Assembly: GCA_963665115.1 (NCBI GenBank)
Contig: OY762007.1
Coordinates: 2,240,001-2,304,000 of the forward strand
Source of the DNA: an uncultured Rivularia sp.
GTDB taxonomy: Bacteria; Cyanobacteriota; Cyanobacteriia; Cyanobacteriales; Nostocaceae
DNA: 64,000 nucleotides
Direction: 5' to 3'
Part shown: one piece after another, positions 52,205-60,591 of the stretch
How positions within the stretch are numbered: position 1 is the first letter of the stretch
How the letters are laid out: the number at the start of each line of letters is the position of its first letter
Translations under genes and position numbers: made by a program
Notes under the pieces: model-generated
Told to the model about the DNA's origin: nothing
The model's database searches: none
What the model saw: only the letters and a program-made list of their open reading frames with translations

Positions 52205-52909
52205 TTAGTCATCATTAATTACAACCACAAAATCTAAAGTGAAAAATAGCAATCTATTTTTAATGATTTTATATTTAGTAATACCCGCAGCTTCTAGTCT
52301 TTTGCACAAATCACTTAATGACAACAAATACATATATTCTTCAGCAGCCCATCCTTTACCAACAAAGTGTAAAAAATGGTCAAATACTTTCTTGGGCAAA
52401 AAATGCAATAGCGGTATGCGTGTATGAACTTCAATCGGAAAATATCTATTTGGAGTTGTGATAAATGCCCGTTTTGCTACTCTCTTAATCTCCTTTAAAA
52501 AAATTATTTGTTCTTCCTCATCACCGACGTGTTCTAAAACAGCATTTGACCAACAAATATCAAAAGTTTTGTCGCTAAAGGGGAAAGTTTTACCGTTATA
52601 TGTGACAATTTCTAGCTGTGGATATCGTTTTGAAGCTTGTTTCTTTTTGACTGCAATTGCTTCTTTTGGTACTTGAAAATCGACCTCTTTTCTAGCGTGA
52701 AGATATGCTTCCGGTGTTTCTAGACATAAAGCCGTTATTTGTTCGGTTTGAGGATAATGTTTCTCTAAAAAATTATCTGTATCGCTATATTCTTCTTCAC
52801 TAAAACCAATATCTAAAATAGTACTTTGAGTAGTTGGTCTAATTTCTTTAAGAAAGGATTCCCATTTACGTTTGCGATTCCAACCAGATACTTGATAAGC
52901 GAATGACAT
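52205..52909 (-). CDS. Class I SAM-dependent methyltransferase
   Basis: ILDIG, FPFSDKTFD, SNAVLEHV and ITTPN motifs; AGGAG RBS before ATG at 52909. Confidence 0.8.
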   Translation of the reverse strand: MSFAYQVSGWNRKRKWESFLKEIRPTTQSTILDIGFSEEEYSDTDNFLEKHYPQTEQITALCLETPEAYLHARKEVDFQVPKEAIAVKKKQASKRYPQLEIVTYNGKTFPFSDKTFDICWSNAVLEHVGDEEEQIIFLKEIKRVAKRAFITTPNRYFPIEVHTRIPLLHFLPKKVFDHFLHFVGKGWAAEEYMYLLSLSDLCKRLEAAGITKYKIIKNRLLFFTLDFVVVINDD

Positions 52910-53015
52910 ATTATAAACTCCTGCGGACAATCTATATTTTTGCAATAAGGAGTAGGGTAGAAGGGGAAGAGTGGGAGAAATAACTCCTAACTTTTAACTC
53001 GCTACTTACTACTTG

Positions 53016-54437
53016 CTACTTACTACTTGCTACTCCTAACTCCTCCCCATTCTCCCAATACTTCGATTCCCAACCTAATACCGCAAATAACAAACACCAG
53101 TAGAAAAACAATGTTGTGTGACTCCAAACATTATCAGTGGTCATTCCTACAAGTATTGCCATAAAAATGGCTATCATAATTGAAGACAGTTTGCGACGCG
53201 GACTTGATATCGCAGAAGACTGCAAATATTTAATCAAACGAAGCATTTTCACTCCTAAAAATATCATAAAACTAGTGAATCCGATAATTCCCGTTTCTGT
53301 AAGGAATCTAAGATAATCGTTATGAGCATAATTTTCAAAATAGGTGATATATTTACTTGTACCCAAACCATATCCCAAAAAGGGTGATTCTTTCCAAGCG
53401 TCTATTAAAAAAGTCCATTGGGCAATTCGCCAATTCGCGCTGTTTCCATCTCCAAACGACAATAATATTGTTCGCGATATATCCAATTCTTGATTAAATA
53501 CAGGCGTTTCTAAAACTGCATTTAGCTTATCGTGACCAAATTCTGTATTCACGAATAAGTAAAATACAAGTACGATAAATAAAATCCCCCCAATTAGTCT
53601 TATAAGGTTCAATTTAGGCGCAATTAAAGCAATAATAAATACGGTAAACATCAATAAGCTGGTTAATGAACGACTCATAACCATTAAGAAAGCAGCTAAT
53701 CCTAATAAAAGTAACCATCCCCAGCGGTTACGTGCGTGACCTAATTTCCATAAAGTTAAACAAATAAAAAGAAACAAAAAGCTTCCAAAAGCGCTAGGAT
53801 GACCAATTGTTGAATTAAGATAGTTTGGGCGATCGAGAAGCACGCTCGGAAGTAGCGAAGGTGTGAAAAGCTGTAATAATCCTACTATCAGCGGTACGAT
53901 AGTGCTAAAAAATAAAGCAGAAATTGCTTTTTGCGGATGAATTCTTCCTTTTAACTGCATCACCAGCAGATATACCATCAACCAGGTAAATATTCGCGTC
54001 CATTCTCGAATACCGTCTATTAAATAGCTTTTTCCTAAACTACCCCAACCAACTATTGGTAGCACCAGCCATATTCCCAAAAATGCTACCCATCCCGCAA
54101 AAAACCAGAAAAATTTATCCGTATTAACCTTTTGTCTTAACAATATTTGTACTATTACATAGAGTATTGTCAAAGCATCCAATCCAATCGCAAAAGCAGC
54201 AGGTACTTGCTGTGCCGAAAAAGGATCGAGGGAACTACGTAAAACTAATAAAGTTAATACTGCTTGTTCAAATCGAGCAAAAAAGAACACCAGTACTGCG
54301 ATTACACCCAAAAGCAAACCTATATAAACGGGTACCGCACCAGCCCCATATCCCACAGCGACACCAATTAAAACCCCTGCCAATCCAATTACCAGTGACG
54401 TATAAAAAGAAGCATTTAATCCTTTATTGCTTAACAT
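53016..54437 (-). CDS. O-antigen ligase/polymerase family protein (Wzy-like)
   Basis: Multi-TM; SANWRIAQW, PFLGYGLG and AHNDYL motifs. Confidence 0.88.
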   Translation of the reverse strand: MLSNKGLNASFYTSLVIGLAGVLIGVAVGYGAGAVPVYIGLLLGVIAVLVFFFARFEQAVLTLLVLRSSLDPFSAQQVPAAFAIGLDALTILYVIVQILLRQKVNTDKFFWFFAGWVAFLGIWLVLPIVGWGSLGKSYLIDGIREWTRIFTWLMVYLLVMQLKGRIHPQKAISALFFSTIVPLIVGLLQLFTPSLLPSVLLDRPNYLNSTIGHPSAFGSFLFLFICLTLWKLGHARNRWGWLLLLGLAAFLMVMSRSLTSLLMFTVFIIALIAPKLNLIRLIGGILFIVLVFYLFVNTEFGHDKLNAVLETPVFNQELDISRTILLSFGDGNSANWRIAQWTFLIDAWKESPFLGYGLGTSKYITYFENYAHNDYLRFLTETGIIGFTSFMIFLGVKMLRLIKYLQSSAISSPRRKLSSIMIAIFMAILVGMTTDNVWSHTTLFFYWCLLFAVLGWESKYWENGEELGVASSK

Positions 54438-54612
54438 AAAAATTTTGGATTTTAGATTTTAGATTTAATTGAGGATTGAGGATTGGGGATTGGGGATTGG
54501 GCATAGTTAAGAGTAGAAAGTAGAGAGTTAATCACTTTTTATTATTGTCATAAATGTCGCTACTCACTACTCATTACTCACTACTTTAATAATGTCCCCT
54601 TGTCTCCCCCTA

Positions 54613-54787
54613 CCCTTCGGGAACACCTCCGGTGAACGGGTTGCGCCACTTGCTACAACGCGGCGGCAGTCCCCTCAACGGAGGGAACCTCCGCACAGGG
54701 CTGCCTTGGGAACCCCTCCGGGTTCAACTCTTTGCTTATGCCGGGGAACCCGTCCACCGCAAGTGTTTCACCGCGCAACGCAGTGGC
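54613..54787. repeat. Nested short dispersed hairpin repeats
   Basis: Outer GCCACTTGC...GCAGTGGC enclosing GGCAGTCCC...GGGCTGCC and TTGC...GCAA units with GGAAC loops. Confidence 0.7.
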
Positions 54788-54808
54788 TTACCATCTTCCT
54801 ATCTCCTC

Positions 54809-56971
54809 TCATCTACTCCTTGCCCCTGAAGTCAAATGTTTTGTCGGTTGATAACTTTTAACGGGATAGCGGTAATATTTTTCTGTCAGATTGGACATTC
54901 CGTTAACTACAACTCCTAAAATCGGTATGTGATTATCGGTCAATTCCGATACTACTTTTTTCAGCATTTCTTTGTTTGTAAAGCTAGGTCGTGTAACTAA
55001 AACTACTCCATCGCTGTATTTACCTAAAGTGGCAGCATCCGCACAAGCGCTAACTGGAGGTGTATCTATTACAACTAAATCGTATTCTTTCGCAGCTTCT
55101 TCTAATATTGATTTCATTGCAGCAGACTCTAATAACTGCGAAGGTCTGCCGTGGAGTTCTCCGCAAGTTAAGACATCTAAGTTTTCTACATCAGTTTTTT
55201 GTATAGCGTCGGTGAAACTTCTGTTGCCCTCAATTATCTCGGTAATCCCTGGCTTTGGTGGTAAATTAAACAGAGTGTGCTGTACTGGTCTGCGTAAATC
55301 TGCATCAATAACTAGTGTTTTTCGAGACAGCATTGCTGAAACTGCTGCTAAGTGAGATACTACTACCGATTTACCTTCACCAGAGATGGTGCTGCTGACT
55401 ACAATTTTTTGCAACTCCTTATCACTACGAAACTCTAAAGTTTTAAACAGCATTCGGTAAGGTTCCACCAAACCAATTCGGTCTAAAAATCTATCTGAAG
55501 GTTCTAATACTAAAGTTTTTCCCGGTAAACGGGGTAATACTCCTAGTAACGGTAGGTTGAGCAATTCTCCTGCTTCTCTAGCATCTCGAAGGGTGTTATC
55601 CATTAATTCCAGCAGCAAGATAACGCCAGTTGCTAAAATACCTCCAAAAATTGTAGCTAATGCTAAAACCACAGCTTTTTTCGGTGAAGATGGCGATTCT
55701 GGCACTTTAGCTGATTGTATGACCCGGATATTGCTTACCTTCTGCGCTTGAGCAAGTCTTGCTTCTTCTAACTTACTTTGTAAAAATTTTAGAGTTGAAG
55801 CAACTTCTTCCCTTCGGCGGACGAGTGCAGTTAAAGGTTGCTGTTTAATTGGTAATTGAGCCACACGAGCTTTCAATTGTGATGCTTGTGCCCGCACGAT
55901 TGCTAATTTCTTTTGAATAGCTAAGCGTTCAATTTCACTAGTAATTAACTTAGAAGTCAACTCCTGAGAAATTTCGTCTGAAGCTATTTGGTTTGTAGGA
56001 ACAGTTTGGCTTGACTGGGATACTTTCGCTAACTCCCTTTCGTACATTTGACGGAAAGCATCTCGTTTTTCGGCTAACTCAATTACCTGGGGGTGATTAA
56101 AAGTAAACCGCAAACGTGTTTCCACAAATTGCCGTTCCAACTCTGCTAAGCTAGCCCGCATTTTAACTAATTCTTCATCCGAACCACTGCGAACCGAAGA
56201 ATAAGCACTATTCAAACTCTTCGCATCTGTAATTTCTCGTAAAGAATTTTCTTGCGATCGCACTTGTTCGAGTAAGGCGCTCAAGGTTCGTTCTTGCTCT
56301 TCAAGAGATCCTAAATTCTCAACTAAAGATTTAGTTTGTTCTTCAAAAGAAACAATACCGCTATCTTGTCTGTACTTACTTTCAGCAACTTCAACTTGTT
56401 GTAAATTCTTCCTAGCAATCGGAAGTTGTTTATTTTCCAAAAAGTCTTTTACTTTTGTAGCTTCAGAGCTAATAGCTTTAATATCGTACTCAACCATCGC
56501 CCTCGATACAGCATTAAGCAGTTCAGCCGCTAAAACGGGATCTTGATTTTCATAACTAGTTTGTAAAATATTAGTTGCAGGAACTATTTTTACGCTTAAA
56601 TTTTTACGCAAATATTCCGAAGTCAATGCATCTTTACTAAGACTCTCCTCCGAGTCAACTTTGTAATTAGAATTAAATATCTCAATCGCTTTGTGCAAAA
56701 CCCGTTGTGACTTTACCAACTCGGCTTGATCGGCTAAAGGATTTGCTCCACCAGGAGTAGCATTTGCAACTTGAGTTAAATCTCTACCTAATTCCGACAC
56801 GCTCACCTGTTTTTGATCGAGCATTAACCGCGCCGAGGTTTCATAAACACGCGGCGTAACCCTCAAGTAAACAAAAGCCCCACCAATGACTGCAACAAAA
56901 GTAGCCAGCGCAGGCAAACTTCGTCGCATTACAACTGTTAGCAAGGATGAAATTCCTTTCTCCATTCGCAT
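54809..56971 (-). CDS. wzc: Polysaccharide co-polymerase / BY-kinase (Wzc/GumC)
   Basis: Two TM segments flanking a coiled coil; SGEGKS, IDADLRRP, IDTPP and C-terminal Tyr cluster (KYYRYPVKSY). Confidence 0.92.
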   Translation of the reverse strand: MRMEKGISSLLTVVMRRSLPALATFVAVIGGAFVYLRVTPRVYETSARLMLDQKQVSVSELGRDLTQVANATPGGANPLADQAELVKSQRVLHKAIEIFNSNYKVDSEESLSKDALTSEYLRKNLSVKIVPATNILQTSYENQDPVLAAELLNAVSRAMVEYDIKAISSEATKVKDFLENKQLPIARKNLQQVEVAESKYRQDSGIVSFEEQTKSLVENLGSLEEQERTLSALLEQVRSQENSLREITDAKSLNSAYSSVRSGSDEELVKMRASLAELERQFVETRLRFTFNHPQVIELAEKRDAFRQMYERELAKVSQSSQTVPTNQIASDEISQELTSKLITSEIERLAIQKKLAIVRAQASQLKARVAQLPIKQQPLTALVRRREEVASTLKFLQSKLEEARLAQAQKVSNIRVIQSAKVPESPSSPKKAVVLALATIFGGILATGVILLLELMDNTLRDAREAGELLNLPLLGVLPRLPGKTLVLEPSDRFLDRIGLVEPYRMLFKTLEFRSDKELQKIVVSSTISGEGKSVVVSHLAAVSAMLSRKTLVIDADLRRPVQHTLFNLPPKPGITEIIEGNRSFTDAIQKTDVENLDVLTCGELHGRPSQLLESAAMKSILEEAAKEYDLVVIDTPPVSACADAATLGKYSDGVVLVTRPSFTNKEMLKKVVSELTDNHIPILGVVVNGMSNLTEKYYRYPVKSYQPTKHLTSGARSR

Positions 56972-56990
56972 ACCTTTTTTGAATCACGTT

Positions 56991-57093
56991 TAAGCTGCTA
57001 CGCATTTAATTTGTATAGTAATAGCGAGCAAGATGCTCGCACTACAACCTTTTCAAATTTTCCCATTATCCAATTTAGCTGGAAATCAGCTTA
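56991..57093. mobile_element. MITE-like element with nested REP palindrome
   Basis: TAAGCTG ... CAGCTTA ends; internal GCGAGCAAGATGCTCGCACTAC; right end resembles the 35451 element. Confidence 0.55.
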
Positions 57094-57097
57094 TTAA

Positions 57098-57315
57098 AGG
57101 GAGAGGGGGGGGGAGATAGAGAGACAAGAAGACAAGGAGATGGGGAAAGAATTCTTAACTACTTAACTTACTTACTACTCCCAACTCCCTACTTACTACT
57201 CCCTACTTACTACTCCCTACTCCCTACTCCCTACTCCCTACTTACTACTCCCTACTCCCTACTTACTACTCCCTACTTACTACTCCCTACTCCCTACCCC
57301 CAACTCCCTACTCCT
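57098..57315. repeat. Heptamer tandem repeats (CCCTACT / TACTTAC)
   Basis: Direct reading. Confidence 0.9.
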
Positions 57316-58489
57316 TAAAAGCTCCCGCTAATCCTTTTTCGTTGGTTTCTACTTCCAGATGGGAAGGTGACGATAGCGTTTGATATAATTTCAGGGTTTC
57401 GTTTGTAATGTAGTCCCAGCTATAGTTGTGGTCTACGTATTTTTGTGCATTTTGAGCCATTGCCGTCATGTGAGCGGAGTTTTCGGTGGCCCAAGACAAT
57501 TCGTTGATGCAAGATTCTAAGGAACCAGCTTCAAAAAGTCTGCCTCGCCCTCCTTCAATCAATTGTTTATGGGGTGGAATATCGCTTGCGACTACGGGAA
57601 TACGTTCGCGCATGGCTTCTAACATTGCCATTGGTAATCCTTCGACATCTGAAGGTAAAACAAATAACCCAGCCCCTCGAACAATCTCGGCTAAACGCGC
57701 TCCTCGAAGCTCCCCTGCAAATACTATGTTGCGGTTGTCTGCAACTTTTTCTAATAGTTGTGAAGTAAAAGACTTTGTATTACTCACACCTCCAGCTAAA
57801 ACAAGCTTCCAGTTTTGTGCTTGTAAATTTACGAAGGCTTCTACAAGTAAGTCGGGACGTTTTTCGGGTACTAATCTACCCAGAAACAACATATATCGTC
57901 CCCGCTTAAGCCCTAAATTGCTACCGTAGGCAAAATCTGGATCGGATCTTACATAGCTTGCCGGGGCAGTAGGAATATATACAACTTCTCTTCCGTAAGT
58001 TTGCAAAAAATAGGTCTTAAGTGCATCGGAGACTGCAATTATTCCGTGAGCGCAACGCACAGCTGTTTGTTCGCCCATTTGAATTAAACGGGTAGAAAAA
58101 TTACCCCATTTAGCGCGTTGCCAATCTAATCCATGACAAGTTACGACGATTTTTGATTTTGATGTAATTCTAGATAAGCCTGTAAATAAAGATGGACCGA
58201 GAGCTTGAAAATGAATAATGTCATATCTTTTACCAGTAGCTGCTAAAGCACCCAGAGCGGATGTAATAAAAGCATCTACGCCTCTCGTGCGTACATCTGG
58301 TAAAGAAATAACTTTCACGCCCTCAAAATAATAATTCTCTAGCCAAGAACTATCGGTATAAGAAGAACGAGCAAACAAATCTACACTATGACCTTGAGCT
58401 ACCATGCGGGGAAACACTTCAGCACAGTAATGTTCAATTCCCCCCTGTGTGGGAGGTAGACCTTTTGCACCAATTACAGCAATTTTCAT
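57308..58489 (-). CDS. Glycosyltransferase family 4
   Basis: GGIE, GRLVPEK and EGLPMAMLEAM motifs. Confidence 0.92.
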   Translation of the reverse strand: MKIAVIGAKGLPPTQGGIEHYCAEVFPRMVAQGHSVDLFARSSYTDSSWLENYYFEGVKVISLPDVRTRGVDAFITSALGALAATGKRYDIIHFQALGPSLFTGLSRITSKSKIVVTCHGLDWQRAKWGNFSTRLIQMGEQTAVRCAHGIIAVSDALKTYFLQTYGREVVYIPTAPASYVRSDPDFAYGSNLGLKRGRYMLFLGRLVPEKRPDLLVEAFVNLQAQNWKLVLAGGVSNTKSFTSQLLEKVADNRNIVFAGELRGARLAEIVRGAGLFVLPSDVEGLPMAMLEAMRERIPVVASDIPPHKQLIEGGRGRLFEAGSLESCINELSWATENSAHMTAMAQNAQKYVDHNYSWDYITNETLKLYQTLSSPSHLEVETNEKGLAGAFKE

Positions 58490-58528
58490 CTTTTGCTCGT
58501 TTTTGCTCTCAATTGAGGTTTATAAGTG

Positions 58529-59743
58529 CTAAACGTTAACAATTTTTTTTTGAACGTTCCAACGTTGCCACATTTGACTGTAAACTTGGTTGACTACAGT
58601 GCTTGCAGCATAAGGTGCGGCTACTCTTACGCATTCTTCCACTGGATAACTTTCTGGATGCATGACAACCGTTAGTAAAGCTGAAGCAATACATTGAGGT
58701 GTTCGTTGCGAACAAACAACCCCACTATCGGCAGATAGTAATTTATGAGTTTCTCCAGCTTCGGTGGTGACGATTGGAGTTCCACAAGCAAGGGCTTCTA
58801 AAACCACAAACGGCAATCCTTCAAAAGCACTGGTTAGAACAACAGCGTTGCAAGCACGGTGTAAGTTAGATAGTTCTTGTTGTCGAACTATTCCCAGCAT
58901 CGTCACTCGCTCGGAGAGTCCTAAAGAACTAATTTCATTACGTACTGTAGCTGCTAATTCACCCTCACCTGCGATCAATAAATGAATATTCGGCTCGTCC
59001 AATGCTTTTATAGAACGTATCAATAACAAAGGATCTTTTTGTGGATGCAACCTTCCAGCGAACAGTACAAATCGCGTATTCTTGTCTAAATTCAACTTGA
59101 GTGCCAACTCGCGCCTTATTGCATCGCGTTCTTGGAGAGAAACAGGATAAAATACTTTCTCATCAAAAGTATTGTTCAACAAGCTTACCCTGTCGGATAT
59201 ATCGGGATAACGCTGTTGATAAAGTGACTTTGAATCGCTATTGCAAGAATAAATATGGTCAAACTGTCCAACTAATAAACGTTCTAAAGCAAAATAAGCT
59301 GCCGGTAATCGTCGCCATAAGATTGCATTCTTATCGCGATCTGATGACATCTGCTTTTCTATATCGTTTTGAATAAATAAAGTTTTTTCCCCTTTCCATT
59401 TGAAAGTGGCTAAAGTTGGCTCTAATCTGTAAAAGTGCATAAAATCAGAGGCATAACAACGCCCCATCATTGCAGCTGTATATTTAACCGTTGTCGGTAC
59501 CAAACCTCTAACGTTATCATCTTCTACTACAAACAAAGGCAGAAAATCAATTTCTCTGCCTCCAAATTCTCTTTTGTGCCATTTGCCTAATGTTTCATTT
59601 TTGTTGTTTGCCGTTCCAACAAGCCTCACCTCAAAATCTGAAGGAGCATACTTGATAAAAGTATTGATTAATGTCTGTATTCCTCCAATTGTGGTGTCCC
59701 AAGGATTATATTGGTAAAAAATTGTTAAAACAGGCTTACGCAT
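58529..59743 (-). CDS. Glycosyltransferase family 4
   Basis: GGIQ, GRLHPQK and EGLPFVVLEALACG motifs. Confidence 0.92.
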   Translation of the reverse strand: MRKPVLTIFYQYNPWDTTIGGIQTLINTFIKYAPSDFEVRLVGTANNKNETLGKWHKREFGGREIDFLPLFVVEDDNVRGLVPTTVKYTAAMMGRCYASDFMHFYRLEPTLATFKWKGEKTLFIQNDIEKQMSSDRDKNAILWRRLPAAYFALERLLVGQFDHIYSCNSDSKSLYQQRYPDISDRVSLLNNTFDEKVFYPVSLQERDAIRRELALKLNLDKNTRFVLFAGRLHPQKDPLLLIRSIKALDEPNIHLLIAGEGELAATVRNEISSLGLSERVTMLGIVRQQELSNLHRACNAVVLTSAFEGLPFVVLEALACGTPIVTTEAGETHKLLSADSGVVCSQRTPQCIASALLTVVMHPESYPVEECVRVAAPYAASTVVNQVYSQMWQRWNVQKKIVNV

Positions 59744-60499
59744 TTCTAACCACCCTGCACTTCAAGTATTAAGCGTGCAAATTGTTATTGTCAGATTCTT
59801 TACTTTCGCTCTACGATCTTGCCATTTTAAAATAGTCCATTGACCAAAAAATTTACTCCGACCATAGCAGTATTTTCAATAATTTTACTTATCAATTTTG
59901 GGAACTCAATTTTAAGGGCAATTTCAGCAATCCTTTAGTAATGAAGGTACAAATATTTATGCCAATCGCAGTTATACGCAAAATAAATACTGTTTATGCA
60001 TTGAAAATTTGTCACACCTTTAAAATCGTAATATTAATGAACTTTAAAGTCACTCCAGCTTACCCAATCTTTATGATTTTTTTACTTATAAAGTATAAAA
60101 TGCGTCTTTATAGTTTGAGATGTATGTTAATATACAATAATTTTGTAGGATAGAAAACAAAATTAATCGTCTCAAGCCTACTGGCTTTATAATATCTTAA
60201 TATAAAAAATCGTAAAAACCTCAATAGGGTTTTATTTTTTTAGTCAATAATACGATTTCATGGCAGATAAATAGTTAAGTAACAACTATGTTTCCTAAAT
60301 AGCTACCTGTATTAAAGATGCCACCAGACAAAACGAACAATTAAACTTATATCTATAATTATTATATTTATTAGTCAAGAAGTAATGTATATAAATACAA
60401 GCGAACAAATATTGGTAAATACTTAGTTTATTTTTATAATTTTAAAAACTTATACATCGAATTGTTTTCAACGATGATTAATTGATCGTATATTTTATA

Positions 60500-60548
60500 G
60501 GTTTGTAGTAAGCGCTATGCCGCATACGGGCATTCTTTACTACAAACC
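60500..60548. repeat. REP-like inverted repeat downstream of pepN
   Basis: GGTTTGTAGTAA ... TTACTACAAACC. Confidence 0.8.
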
Positions 60549-60591
60549 CATCAAAATTAATGTCCCGAAATAGTACATTAATCCTAAGTGT

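Noticed and set aside
54592..54861. Two overlapping plus-strand ORFs
   Set aside because: They run through the GC-rich nested repeat, antisense to the EPS operon, with no protein-like features.
59941..60153. 70-aa ORF in the AT-rich EPS promoter region (similarly 12727-12915)
   Set aside because: No RBS or motif; likely a chance frame in regulatory DNA.
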